From assembly GCA_002633005.1 (NCBI GenBank), contig NMRA01000010.1:427252-491251 (forward strand): 64,000 nucleotides of DNA, written 5' to 3'. The stretch is from Phoronis australis. Taxonomy: Eukaryota > Animalia > Phoronida. The position numbers and the translations under genes are program-made. Position 1 is the stretch's first letter, and every line of letters starts with the position of its first letter. Shown one piece after another: positions 39,901 through 64,000 of this stretch. A model generated the notes under the pieces. The model was not told where the DNA came from, ran no database searches, and saw nothing but the letters and a program-made list of their open reading frames with translations.

Positions 39901-40395
39901 AAACGTTTTCGTTGCACTTCATCACGTGCTTCTAATGAACGCACGCGCATTGCAAATTTGGCGCAAAAGCTTTTCGTAATCGTCCACGGTGATGCAAGAA
40001 TAAAAAGGAAAAACCGTAGACCCGCCTTAAGTGACTTAGGGCTCGGTAATAGATTCATACACGGTGACCAAACTCCCGAGTCCAACAGAAATGATTATGC
40101 TCCACCTGACAATTTCTGAAAATAATTAAAATTGATTTTAGCAAGCAAACAAGCTATTTGAGAATATACCATAAGTGTTATCTACTGAGAAAGTTTGTAC
40201 AAATTATTTGTAGGCTTTGATATGCTAATAATTATCTGACTAAACCTTAATTTGCATATTGTTAAGGGGGTGCGTCACACTCAATTTCGGTGTTTCTATC
40301 AAACAGACGCCAGTTCCAGAGATCAAATTTCTCTGCCAGCCTAGGATTGGATCATTTTTGGCTCACTTGTGAAACTAAGGGACGCAGGCCTGCGA

Positions 40396-40574
40396 AATTG
40401 ACCTATCGCCAAGATTTTGAGTGCCGGCTTAACTGACCATTTAGAACGCAGCATTATTTACCCACCTCCGTTTCCAAGCCGCCATTTTACCTGACAAACA
40501 ACACGTTGCCGGGTAAAACTTATTGTTTGTTAGTTGACACTACGCAAGGGTGCGGAGCTTGCGATAGGTCAATT
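40396..40574. mobile_element. AATTGACCTAT MITE (copy 2, inverted)
   Basis: TIRs and internal sequence homologous to 11999-12152. Confidence 0.8.
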
Positions 40575-42184
40575 GCAGCAAGCGAGCTGGTCGGGGAAAT
40601 GGATTTGGAACACCGTGTCTGGAATCGTTCCACTCTCTATACCCCTCTTCAATTGATATGATTGAAATAGCATCGTTTTCGTGTCTATCACTTGTCATTG
40701 TCAGGTGAAGGTGAACCCCGAGGGGTTCTTCGGATATTCGCTGCCTCCAAAATATTTTTTCTCAAACACTTAATTTTTCATCGTCACCTTTACAAATTCC
40801 CACATCATGAACGTGCTATTCTCTTCTGAAAAGCATCGCCTGTTGTCTTTGTCGAAGCGTTTTCGGATAGTGCAAAAAACACTCATCGATTCCACCAGGA
40901 GCGACGTTTAGTGGCAATGTATTTGTTTCCGAGATCTTGTTTGTCGGGTGTCACGCGACTTTTCGCATAGGGGCGGAGCTTGCGATAGGTCAATTGTCGA
41001 TCTGACCAATAAGTTACATGAGCATCAAATTCAGTTTTACGTAAACTGTTTCTGAGACCTTACAAAGACATTCACGTTTAGTTGTAGCTTCAAAATTACA
41101 TCCTTGTGAAAGTTTCGACAATATGATTGAATGCACTCTTATCTACCGGTTCATATTTTTCTGAGAGTCGTTTACACTTATCAGCGGATGCTCGAGATTT
41201 TTGACAGGGAAGTTGAATCCTTTGAACTATTTAGAATTTATTGTTGTTGCCTCTGTTGATCGGTGATATCTGTTTGTTTGCTCACTCCAAAATTATTGCG
41301 AAAGATAACTTCCAAACAAAGGTTTCCAAATATCGTTTCCTGTATTTAGGTGTTTGATATAATTAGATTTTGTTGCTTTATAAATGATTAGTTTTATGAG
41401 CACGTGCTTCGGAGATAAATTATACATTAACCTTAAACGACGAAAACAATGTGTCCAGCAGGAAAATATGCACAATATCCTCAAACAACCAGGAAGGTCT
41501 TCTAATATTAGGGACAAAATATATTTTTAAAGTAAGTGTTTAAAGGTGCAAAGTTTCCGAATTAGTGCTTTTACTCTTATAAATTTGGTCTCATAGTTTT
41601 TTTACCATAAGACTTTCTGTTATCACAAAAATATGCAAACCTTCAGCAAGTCAAGAAACGGGCCGGAAAATGTTATTGGAGTTGGCCAACCCTGAAATTT
41701 GTAAATCGGAAAACATAAAAATTTCGAGTACAAAGATTAAACTAATAGACTAGCTGATATTCAAAAATCAAATGAGTAAAATACGACCATCTTTTGTTGG
41801 ATTATTGGTATTCATAACTCTTAAATGAATATTTTGACATCTCCTCAAGGTTTAAGTAGTGACGTATCACTTCCGAGTTTTAATAGTGTTATATTTTGCG
41901 ACGAAATGAGTAAATTAGTTACATCCATTTCGTGTAATTAACTAAAGAAAAGGTCTCTTGACTGGGTTAATGCTGTGTTGCCGTATTTTTGTCAATTGTC
42001 CTCTTTTACAAAAAAATCAGCATGAAATGAGCAAAGATGATGCGGGGTTTTCTTTTTTCGACTCAAACCAGAGCTAGCGAAAACCCAAGATTACACAATT
42101 CTTTGCTTCATCATGCATTACATGCGAAGCACATGACCACACCGCAGGTACTTTTTTCTAAACAGTTTGGGTGCTGATGCTACG

Positions 42185-45182
42185 TGTTGTATTGCCTTAT
42201 ATTTTCTGAGATGTCATCGTTTATGACGTCACTTTAAGGCTCAGCCAAAGTATACACTTTCTTTGATAACATCGTCGCCCATTCTTCCAAAACATAACAT
42301 GTGACGTAGTTGGCAGGATTCGTCTCAGAACCTATGATGAGTGAGTTAGTTGGAATTATTTCGTTGTTACAGCAGCAGATAAACCAACAGCAGGAAAATA
42401 ACCAGCGGTTCGCTGAGATGATTACAACCAACTGCTTCAACATCAACACTTACCTGTCCAATTTTGCCTCTTTTTATAGTTATATAGAGTTTTGGAAAGA
42501 TTATTTGTAACGTCTTAGAACTTTCGCAGGAGCCAACTCCATACCAACCGAAAAGTTACCCCAAGTCTTTTTAACAAACCAAACTTCGACGGTATACAAG
42601 TTGCTGGGTCCGTTGGCAGAACAACATACGCCACCCAAGCATATCAATCAGCTAACCATAATTGAGGTAGCAAAATTTATGGGGAATCATTTCGACCCAA
42701 AAAGTTTTACAGTACGGGAACTCTTCAAATTTCGGTCCTACGCCAAACGAAAGCCAGGTGAAACAATCGAGGAGCTTGCAGCACACACTCAGCAAAATGC
42801 CGCAAAATGCGCCTTTTCAGCCATAACCGACCCGCAATATCAAGCGACGACAACACGATTCATTTGTTCAATCAACAACGAAGCTGTTCTTAAAACTTTT
42901 TTAAGATGAATGACGAAAAAATGTCATTTGCAAATGCTATTGAAATAGCAACTGAAATTGAAGATGCGGCTGATAATGCCAAAGAAACAGTTTATGGACC
43001 AAAAGAGGAAGTTGTGCTGCGAACAACCAACCGCGTTCCAATGCAGGACAATCACGTGGGTCACGAGAACCTAAAGTAGCACATTTTTGGCACCCAACAA
43101 GAGATTTTTCGAAAGGTATTTGTTCCCGTTGTGGAAAAAGAGATTATTTTGCAACTGATTGTCGGTTTAAAACCGCTGAATGTCGTTTCTGTCACAAGAA
43201 AGGTCATATAGAGGCAGTTTGTCTAAGTAAAAGAAGACAAACAGGCCAAAGTGAGCAGTATTTTAGCAAGACCTATACAAAAGGTTACTTATATTTCGGA
43301 CCGGAATCCAATTCAGGTTGTCGAGCACATTTCCGACAAGAATCAAGTTCTTGCTCATTTTGACCCGACAAAACACTTAGGAATTTTTTGCGATGCTCCC
43401 AATGTTGAGATTGGAGCTATTCTTTTTCACCGCTATAAAGATGGAATTCAATGATCGATTGCCTATGTTTCAAAGACTCTCACGGACATGCAAAGGAAAT
43501 ACAGCCGAATTCAACGAGAGGCTCTTGCAATAGTTTTTGCGCTGAAGAAATTTCATCATTTGCTTTACGGACGAAGATTTATTTTGGTAACTGATCACCA
43601 ACCTTTAGTTTCTAATTTCGGACCAACTAAAGGAGTTCTTGCAATGGCAACCAGATGGACATATTGAGTCTATTTGAATATTCAAAAGAGTGTCGGAAGA
43701 CGTCTGATCATTCGAATACATATGCATTGAGTCGTTTACCATGTGGTAACTATCCGCAATTCGACAAGGAGGAAGAGCAAGCAGGCGTGAATGTTGTTTG
43801 TTCTGTTAAATAGATAAACCTCCAACTGAATCCTAGCTGTAATTCCAAATTGCTCACTAAGGAATCCTTAAAAGATTCTAATATTTCAAAGGCAATGCGG
43901 TATGTCAAAGAAGAATGGCCACGTTTTACGGATTCTGAGGAGTTGAAATACTATAGAAAATTAGCAGAAAAAATGACACAAAGCGGTGTGTATTTATGGT
44001 GCACGAATAGTTATTCCAAAAAGATTGCGAAAACAGGTATTGGGTTTGCTCTAAATTAGGCATTTTGGGATGCAAAGAATGAAGCAATTTGCGCGAGCTG
44101 TGGTTTATTGGCCTCACGTTGACAAAGATATGGAAGAACTTGTGAGTCATTGTAGGTCTTGTGGTGAACATCAGTACAAACCACCATCGGCTATTCATCC
44201 GTGGATGCTACTTGAGAAGCCATAGAGCCGTGTTCACATTGATCATGCCATCAAATTTGGGACCAATTGGTTGGTCATGGTAGATGTGTATTCAAATACC
44301 CGTTTATATGCATACATCCAACAAATTCGTAGTCAACGAAAACAACAACAGAATTGTTAGAAAAAGAGTTAGCACTTTTTGATTATCCTTCCACGTTAGT
44401 GACTGATAATACAGCAACTTTTAAATCGGAAGAATTCCAACTCTCACAGGTGCTCCTTATCATCCTGCTACAAACGGCACAGCAGAACGCCTAATTAAAA
44501 CTTTCAAAGAAGCTTTGCGAAAATCTTCAGTGACACCAAAAGGTGCTTTACAAGTCTTTTTTGTTGCAGTATCGTCGTACATCTCTAGATTGTGGGTATT
44601 CTCCAAGCGACTTTTTAAATGGAAGGCAAGTTTGATGCAAACTGGACGGTTTGCTGCAATCACCTGCTCATGTGTTTCAAGCAAAACAATCTCGACTATC
44701 GATGGAGTCCCAAACTTCTGGGTCTGAGGTAGTGGTATCAAAGATTCACAAGTATAGAGTTGGTATGCCATGCTATGTATTGTGTTTTGGTGCCCAGCAG
44801 GGCAGGGATCCAAGATGGATACCCGTCGTTGTATCCCAAGTTTTAGAATCATGTTCAGTCAAAGTATAGGTGATGCCCGACGGACCGATTTAGCATCGTA
44901 ACATCGATCAGTTCAGACCCAGATATTGTTTTGAGGAAGACAATATGGTCCCGAAATTTCAAAACATTTCAGAACACTGTTAGGTGTTAATGTAGGCAAC
45001 AATGATGCTGTTGATGTTACAAGGAGACAACAGGTAGAAAAATCTGGGGAGAAAACACCGCGTTCAAAGCGTCCTAACCCAAGAGCTCCAACTGGCACCG
45101 AATAGATGCCGCATAATTTAAGGTCGGAAAAACTGAAAAAGAAACGAGCAAATATCATTTCATAGGGCGGGGAGGTGTTGTA
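42185..45182 (+). mobile_element. Degenerate, internally deleted Ty3/Gypsy LTR retrotransposon (K02A2.6/Mag-like)
   Basis: Short 5' LTR TGTTGTA..AACA at 42185-42299. PBS TGACGTAGTTGGCAGGATTCG resembles the tRNA-Ser 3' complement. Gag has two zinc knuckles (CSRCGK..DC; CRFCHKKGHIEAVC). RNase H (CDA..IGAIL, EALAIVFALKKFH, LVTDHQPL) and integrase (HFGMQRMK..YWP, RVHIDHA, PYHPATNG.AER) follow. PPT AGGGCGGGGAGG at 45164-45175, then TGTTGTA. Many stops. Confidence 0.92.
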
Positions 45183-45639
45183 CGTACGACTGAAACTTTT
45201 AAAATGATTAAAAAGAGTAGCCATGCAAAAAGATATTACAACAACGCATGTGCAGCTACAAAGGATCCGAAGGTCAACAGAAATACAAATGTCCCGCTTT
45301 TTGACACACGGTCAAATTGACATATACTATTGTCATTTCCCACGCAACATAGCCATATTTTCCCGCTCGACAAAAAAAGAAAAACGTTTTTTTGCAGCAC
45401 CCGCAATTTCCCATTAACTTTAAAAAAAAAACATCAACAAAAACCGCTGTCGGGCATTTTGGGTGTTGAAGCGAGCGTTTCACCCTAACGTTTTGGCTTA
45501 GACCCAGATGTCCCGCTTTTTATCCTGAAGTCTTTTCTACCCAGTTACTCCGTTTTTTCGTTCTTGAATGTTGACCGTGACAACTATGCCACAGGTGTTC
45601 TAAATAACATTCTCTTTTTACAAATGTTATTATTTTACA

Positions 45640-45900
45640 TATTTTTCAGTGTCCACTTTCTTGGCAACAGAACAATAGTAAAAATATAACGATTCCAATG
45701 TCTCTTGTTTGAGGTAACATAGACTACATGCATCAGAATCACAAACTTTTACCTTCTGAAGAAAATAGTTTATGTCTAAACTTTCATGGAAAGTCCTGCA
45801 CTGCAACCAATGTGTTGAGCTAGCCACAGTACATTTCAAACCTACGTCCATAGATTTTTGCCCATTTTTCATTTATCAAAAAACATCTTTCTGCAAATTT
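45640..45900 (-). mobile_element. L1/Tx1-like LINE 3' fragment
   Basis: CSLC...ETLESLY..C resembles the zinc-binding motif C-terminal to RT. Confidence 0.55.
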
Positions 45901-47530
45901 CGGATAGATACTTGGAGTAGTTTATCGCACTTTCCGTAAAAGCCACTGCATTCTGAATTTTAACTGAAGAATGAAATTGTATCAAACTGCACCAAAGGTC
46001 CAATTAATTACAATAGATAAAGATGTATAATTTTGGATGAATGCCTGACTAAATTATCCACAGCAAGTGTGACGGGTCCATATTCTAAAACCGCTATATT
46101 TATAGGGTAGAAATCTTTTGAATCATTGAAGTTATTTCCCTAATGGCTTAACTAGTCACTTATATGATTTCTCTGGTTCACTTCCTTTTTATGTTGCTGT
46201 TACACGCTGTTATTTTTCGCATTTTGATAACACGTTTGGTTTACTTTTAACCAGAAATGATAATTATTAATGATTTAAAGTATTTAAGTTTTGCTTTCGG
46301 TATGATCATCTAGAAATGGCAAAGGGCTTTCTAGTGATATGGCTTTTAAGCAATTCGGTGGAAAAACGACGGATTTGCGAAAGGATTAATGGCAGCAAAT
46401 TCGTTAGTACACACTCTGGAAGAAACGAATGCAAACAACTCTCACGCATGCGCTGCGCAACCTCAGCGAGATCGGAGTTGGCATTCCAGGGCTGTGCTCA
46501 AACTGATGTGAGTTTGTTAGATGAGTGATGTCATCCTTATACCGGTAAGACGTAGGACATCTATCGGTTGTCTCGTTTTCTTGTAGTATGCTGCAACGCA
46601 CCTTGTTTTTTGACGAGGCATGGAACGTGAAAGCTCGTCAAACATAGCTCTTAAACAATTCCTGACGAAAGTACCATCTCGCAGCGTACGTCTAGTACAG
46701 GGTAATTCACTTTTAGTTCCCTGTGAGGAAATTTCCAGAAAAAATCACAAAATTCACCATTTTTAAATACGCGAAAAAGAAAAACTTAGTTTCTAATCCC
46801 CCAACTAATGATAAATGCGCTCGCAGTCAATTGCTTGAAGCCGCTTGAGGTCAAAGGTTTCATTTTCCATACAAGAGAAATGTGCTACGTCTATGTCTTG
46901 CCATACCAAATAACGAGACGTGCTTTGCCTTGTGGGAGAAAAATCGAAGTGGCGGGCAGCTGACAGGTCGTTTTTTGAAATTTGAAACTAAAAGAAAATG
47001 CTTTGATAACAAGTGAACTTAAAAATCTTTACGAACAAACCCTGAAAATATCTGGTGAGCAGGTCGAATTATGTTTCAGTGGTAGAGAACCACTGTCACT
47101 AGTATTGCAATTCAGTCTGTTTATCGCGCTCCAGTCCTCTTTAATGTGATAAGCATCCGGACAATCAGACGAATGAGTTTCGTGATTTGAGCATCGTCGA
47201 ATATCAGGTCATTATGTTCAGGACAGGATTGCTTAGTGAAAGTTTCTCTGTTATATAGTCACTCAGGCTCGTGTGTTCCTATGCTATGCCCTTAATGATG
47301 ACAATGTTCACAAGCCTATTTTTATTTACTAAAATTGTCACTTGCCAGCCATGATTTTGTTGCGAATAGTAGAATCTTGTATCAAACAAAATTTTAAAGT
47401 TTGATCAGCTATCAGATGATAATGTACCAGTTGGCGTGTCCTGTATCAAATTAAGTACATCACTTAAGAACGAGAAAGCTTTCTCTCGGGATGATTCTCG
47501 GTGAAAATGTAATTTTCTGTGATCAGCTTC

Positions 47531-47603
47531 ATCGCGGTTTCGAACCTGCAACCCCAGCGGCCGTAGAGTAACGCTATGTTGGCAGAGCTAAACTACAATA
47601 GGC
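47531..47603 (-). mobile_element. tRNA-derived SINE head / tRNA-like relic
   Basis: Minus-strand B-box GGTTCGAAACC with an A-box-like TAGTTTAGC upstream; no intact acceptor stem. Confidence 0.45.
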
Positions 47604-47926
47604 GATCAATGGCAGAGTATGCATATTTTACCGTGTATTGAATTAGCAAAATCACCGCCCTTGATATCATCGAATATCTGGCAGACAAAGACGAGAATTG
47701 GCAATTTGTAATACATCACAAAAACGCGACAGATTGTGTTGTTTAGTTGCTCTGCCCAACTGAAGACTAACAACATCAAGAAGTATATCCCATCCAACAG
47801 TAATCCCAAAATGGCCGCAAAATCGATAGTGTCCCTCAACAATTTCTCCTGTTTGCATCATCACGTGACTGGGCGTGGTTATTGTTTATCCGGTTGTATT
47901 TCTGCTGACAAAAGGTCTTTAAAAGA

Positions 47927-47970
47927 TATAAAGATTCGAGAAATCTTTTTACGCGACCAGTCTCAGTCAA
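47927..47970 (+). promoter_or_regulatory. TATA box and Inr-like element of the lectin/SRCR gene
   Basis: TATAAA at 47927, CCAGTCTCAGTC about 30 bp downstream, ATG at 48015. Confidence 0.5.
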
Positions 47971-48014
47971 GGTCGTTCATCGTCCATTTGCCTAGACTGA
48001 GCATTGAAAACGAA

Positions 48015-58430
<10,416 letters not shown>

Positions 58431-60061
58431 ATACGTCAAGTGCTGTAGGAGGGGGTGTTTGCCAGAGAGTAGAAATACTTACGTCCGCTAAAACTTTATC
58501 ATTTGAAAGTGCTTTAGCGATCATGCTTCTAAGGTTAACATCTATGACACGTTTAACTCCTTGGTACCTTTAGGTGCAACCACTGAGGCGGGATGAGAAG
58601 ACTTGCTCCTCTCGCAGGCATGGCTCACATCTCGCAGAGGCTTGTGCGATGTCGAACTCGGAAGACCTTAGTCTCTTCGAACACAGTTATAACAACTGAG
58701 TAATTGCTGATAAACCTTCAATTGCGATTAAATTGGGCTAATCTCCGCGTCACAAATTGTCGTAGTCAGTACAACTCATCGTAACGTCTTTCTGTTTTGA
58801 CAGTTGTGGCCACAGGTGCTGCACCATTTTTGTCACGCTCAAATAAAACCTTCCACCACAAGTTGTCCCAATTTGCTCGGACTGTGGCAGTTTGCCAAAA
58901 ATGCAAGTGCTGACGTCAAGATAAAGCTGTGACGTCCGTCATAGCTGCAGGACCAGGGCAGTCGAGCAACAACACAGCGAAATATGTAGAAGAGTACATT
59001 TTTTAAAATCAAATACTACTGTAGGTTTATGTCTACCCTTTGGGGCCTTTAACCTGGATAGTTTTAGGGTTAAAGTTCTTTAAAAAGTGGGCGCGGTTAC
59101 CGTGAAAATCTCCTTACAAGTGGCGTCAGTTGGAGTATTATTTGGGCTTAACTTTCGACTGTACTAACATGTGGTAAGATACTTTTTATAAAGTTTTTAA
59201 TTACAATAAAGCCGAAACAGATGTCTCCATCCAGATTCTGCCAAAAACGGTGAACATTAGGACAAAACAAGAAAACTAATAAAGCACAAAAGCGTTTAAG
59301 GAAAAAAACATGGGAAAAGCTACCAAGTCCGCATCAATGCAATAGAAAATAATTTCAGATTAAAAAGAAGCAAAATTTCCAGTTTACCAAGAGAATCAAT
59401 AGCATCGCAAAGTAAGCCATATCAACTTGAACACGACCATCACAACTACAAACACGATGCCGTTATGATGACGAAATACTTTCACTCAAAGCATCTCGAG
59501 AATGGTGATTTCTACTCCAGAGTACAACCTTCTTTGACAGTAAGACTGCTAGATGAGGTGCTGGCCGTATATGTCATTTGGAAACCTAGGCAACGATCCT
59601 TAGACTATCAAAGTACTGATAGTCCTAAACAAAACTGCGCTTCATTTGAAGTACAACTTCTAATTCTGCGACTGCATCGGCCTGTATAAACAAGCACTAT
59701 CGCGCCTAAATTTTAGAAAATATTAATGATAAGAAAGACCCCCTACAACCTCATACTGAACCTTAAATGCCTTTTTAGGCACTATGTGCGCATCGGAATG
59801 AGTGATCAAAATTTCGATTGATAACTAAAAGAAAAGTTCAGTTCAAAATCTTCAAACAGTTTATTTTCATTTCCAACTGATTGAACACATTGACAGGATG
59901 GAGCACGTTGCAACGATCAGACCAGTCAGCAACTTCTCTCCTCAGAGACCACATTATTAACATATTATTTACATATGTAGAAACCAATATAAGACAAATC
60001 TGTTACATATTGAACAATACATTTGATGAACAAAGCACACAAAAATATAATAAGAAAAAGT

Positions 60062-63000
60062 CTATGACTGGTCGACATCTGGGGTCAGGTCGATCTTTAT
60101 CATATCTGTGGGGTTGGGAATGTCGTGTTTTAGGCCACACCCCCTCAGTCCGGCCAGGAACTGTTTGGGCTGAGGTACCTGAGAGTACCCATCGCGCTTC
60201 GTCTGTGTCATGTTTTCTCTGCAAAATAAAAATTGGGTTTGAGTTCTCAGCATGATATGCATCAAATCAATCTTTTGCTTGAAAATGTTATTTTTAAGTA
60301 CATTGATAGATTATGGGTGCTGTTGATGTGAGAAGTTATTTGAAGAGTTAAACCACTTTACATGTTTAGTAATGAGGGTTCCTGAATGATGCTTGAGCTA
60401 ACAAGGACTGCATGTAAGGTATCCCAGAAGACTGATATTTTATTTAAAGTCTTCAGGATAACAGCTTGTAAAAGTGTACTAACTCTGAACCTAAACTGTA
60501 CCAACCACCCAGTCAGAGGCTCAGTGGTATAGGAATGTGGTATAAGGTAACACCAAAAATGTATGAAATAAAGCAATTCATGCTCCTAAATTCGGCCATG
60601 TGGTGCTCCAATTATAGCACACTTTGGTTTTCTAAAAAAATACACCACCAAATCACATCACTTAAATTCACACAACATGTGGCATCAGTAACACTCTGGG
60701 TGAAACAGAAACGTTAGAGTAATCATTAACAATCCAAAAATGTACAGCTTTAAAAAGCATAACTTTACCCTTATGACACCATTTAGCCTTGATCGTCGAT
60801 AAAATAAAACTTGGTTCCTACTCAAATATATGAGATTATGCCTAAGTTCCAAAATTAGGCACATGAGCTCAACTATGGGGTTTTAATTAAAGTAAATAAA
60901 TCCTTGCTAAGTAATGTGGACAATGATGGTATGTCGATCACATAACCACAGACAGAATGCAGACATGAGCATTCAGACAAAATACCATTTTTCCATCATG
61001 ACGGCTGATTCTGTCAACAGCAAAAATTACTGATAATAAATATTAGGACATCAAAATCCTAATAACACAACACCTAAGCCACCTCACTAAATTTCCTATT
61101 GATTCCCCTTCATTCTCAATGAATTCCTTTCCTCCCAGCCAACATGACGGAAATTGCGGGTCATTTTGTCTGAACCCTTTTGGCTTGTTGTGTAGATACT
61201 TACTTTGGTAAGTAGACCTGAGTTACATTGTCTCGCCTCATGTTACTCAGATTGGTCTGCATAGAATGAGTCACTTTAGTCCTCAGATTTGTCTGAAAGT
61301 TAAAGAGAATTGCTAAATAAGTTTTACAGTAAGAGTAAGAACTAAGTCGCCTAACACTAGAAGTTACCAACTTAAAATTCAGTCATAGATGCTGTTATAC
61401 TGACAACCTGCGATGTATTTCCCCATCTCCACCCCTCGATACCCAAAAATTTCAACCGTCAATCTACCCTCTGTTTTGTACTAAGTATTCCTGCACCACA
61501 AAAATTACTCATAAGCCCTCATTGATTATTAATACGGGAGCTTCTGGTCATCTTTGCTTATTTTGTGTCCACAAGTAGTGTTGTATGTAATTGCGCTAAG
61601 GGTAGCATGGCAATACTGGCTTAACCCGCTCATAGGTAAATGTTTATTGACCAAGTACAATACTCATTTCATGAGTCTTGAAGAACCCTGAATAGCAAGA
61701 TTCATCAAGTCAAAAAGTATGCAATGTTTCTCAAGCTTGGAAAATATTCAAGTTTTACCAATACTATTCAAGTTTGGTCAATGTTATTCAAATTTGATCA
61801 ATATTATTGAACTGTACACAAAATTCTAAGCCACTATGCAGACTAGTTACCACCTCCAAGCCCAAAATGTATCGAATAATGTACTATTAAGCTAAATCAA
61901 AGTTGGTCAAATTTACCGATCCGAAGTGTATTTCTTCATTGCAGTCTGGTCAATCGCAGTATTGTTTTGGCCTGGACTAGCATGAGCGTTCAAATGTCAC
62001 AGACATTTGAATTTTGGTTCTCAGCAAGTGAGAAAGTAATTGCTATGTTTAATCTGGTAAGAAGGCTCCTATTATTTTAATACTGTTTAATTAGAGTTTA
62101 TGATTTGTGCTTAACATGTTAATAAAACTGAATGTTTCATGCTTATACTTACTATCGTTATTAGTGCTGCTTAGCTATCTGTCGCGTCTTCAAGGAATAA
62201 ACGTATACATGAAGCTAACGCAATGTTTTCTTTGCCTTCTCAAATACTGGTCATTTGACCAACAAATCCACAGCTTTTTAAATGTGTTACACCACCTTAT
62301 GCCCCTCCTCACCAATTGTGTTACACCCCATTACGCCCCTCTTCATCACATGTGTCACCACATTATGCCCTTCCCACGTTGTGCCGCACCTTATTATGTC
62401 CCCGCTCACAAGTTCTGTCACACCCCATTACATCCCCTCACAAGTTATGTCACACCCCCTTTACACCCCTCCTCACCAGTTTAATGGCCTTCCGTCTTAG
62501 TTCCCATTCATTCCACTCGTATGACTTGACAATGTTCGACTCCAGTATATGTGTGTCTGTCTGTGTTCCACTGTCACATTTGGTAACTGGTTTCTCTATC
62601 ATTTTCCCTTGATCTTTTCCCTGTAACACAATTATCAAATAATCAAAAACAATCTTTCTCATTGGTAACACTTGATTTTGCACATTAAGAATCCATTCAA
62701 TCATCACGTTTTTGTGACATAACAAAAAATTATTCAGCACTTTATGGCAAAATCTCACCAATTCCCGACAAAAATTGTTTCCAAAAGTGATATTTTTCTA
62801 ATTTCTCCAAGGCTCAATACCCTTGTGAATATCTGGTCTCTCACAGGTTGTCTGATGTTACGTGTGACATAACAAAGAAATAAAATTTCACTCGTCCACC
62901 ATATTATCTGCTCAATTGGTGAGATATTACCAGATATCAGTGGCGGCTTTAGAGGGGGGCTCGACATGGTATTAGTTTTTTTACTGCCAACAAAAACAGG

Positions 63001-63215
63001 CAAATGCAATTTGATTAAGGCCCCTCTTATTGATCACCAGTCAAACAATTTGCAAAATAGAAAGTTGTCTCTTCAAAAAACAAAACACTTTTACCTGACC
63101 TGTGAATTACATACACACACAAACTATTGCACAGTCATGCTTCAACCAACACTTCCACAACTCAGCTGGTTCATTAGAACACGAGTAACACAATTATGCT
63201 GAAACAATTCCTTTA

Positions 63216-63261
<46 letters not shown>

Positions 63262-63648
63262 AACACACAAACAAACACACAAACAAACACACAAACTATT
63301 GTACAGTCATGCTTCAATCAACACTTCCACTACTCAGCTGGTTCATTAGAGCCCAAGTAACACAATTATGCTGAAACAATTCCTACAAGCACAGTGTTTT
63401 TTTACCTGTGAGTAAGGTGTGATGGAGGCAAATTGTGAATGAAGCTCCAATAACTGTATGAGCTCTGGACTTCTCTTGGCAGCTTCAGCGACTTGTCGGA
63501 TGTAGGAGTCAGGGTTTTTAGCAAACTCGGCAGCGGCCTCTTTTGTTGAAAATGCGTAGTAATGTTCTTGGTAACGGAATACCCCTATGTCTGGGTTGGA
63601 TGGAATCAGTAACCTGTCGTATTTGACCAATGTCCATCCACAATAGCC
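60062..63648 (-). CDS. CFAP206: Cilia- and flagella-associated protein 206, last four coding exons; gene starts beyond the right edge
   Basis: Exons 63648-63406 (GYCGWTL..PELIQLLEL), 62620-62477 (TQTDTH..YEWNEWELRRKAIKL), 61292-61204 (NLRTKVTHSMQT..QVYLP) and 60218-60062 (TQTKRD..FLAGLRG, TAG) join in frame; AATAAA on the minus strand at about 59860. Confidence 0.92.
63110..63385. repeat. (CA)n/(CAAA)n microsatellite between two copies of a roughly 90-bp duplication
   Basis: CACACAAACTATTG.ACAGTCATGCTTCAA..GCTGAAACAATTCCT occurs twice around the microsatellite. Confidence 0.9.
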
Positions 63649-64000
63649 CTGTTAACAAAACAATTCAATTTACTAACAAAAATATTAAAGAAATGCAAAG
63701 GAGATTTTCTGTCGCTTAAGGCCATCCACATGATTACATAACGTGAACCATATTGCAAATAACTTCTATGCTTAATATGTTTTATTCTATATAGAATTAT
63801 CTATCTAACTACTATAAAAAAACACGGTCATGGAGAGGACTATGTGAGCCCACACATAACGGTTCATCAATGAAAGTAGTTAAGAGGCAGCAGCAACAGG
63901 AGCAGCAATGTCGTGAATCTACTATAAAATAAGCCAAATAGTTGGGATTCTACTGAGAAACAAATCCACTAGTTATAAAACCAATGAGAAACTAGTCAAG

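Noticed and set aside
47736-48014. N-terminal 93 codons of the 308-aa ORF
   Set aside because: Contains the TATA/Inr region; the signal peptide begins at ATG 48015.

Overview
AT-rich genomic DNA from an invertebrate animal (GT-AG introns, mosaic CpG content; species not determinable from sequence). I reconstructed six spliced or single-exon genes by hand. On the minus strand: ARMH3/C10orf76 (5' part, runs off the left edge), a THAP + C2H2 zinc-finger gene, SMYD5, and the 3' part of CFAP206 (enters from the right edge). On the plus strand: a TRIM-NHL gene with a single coding exon, and a secreted lectin-like gene. The lectin-like gene is the most striking feature: its C-type lectin domain appears split, with two SRCR domains inserted into the long-loop region as phase-symmetric exon pairs. 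Also present: an internally deleted Gypsy LTR element, LINE and SINE fragments, several MITE and hAT-like families (one with a 5-bp TSD carrying a tRNA-like cassette, one 67-bp element with a 9-bp TSD), and tandem repeats. All gene models are inferred from splice signals, reading phase and remembered family motifs; no database search was run.
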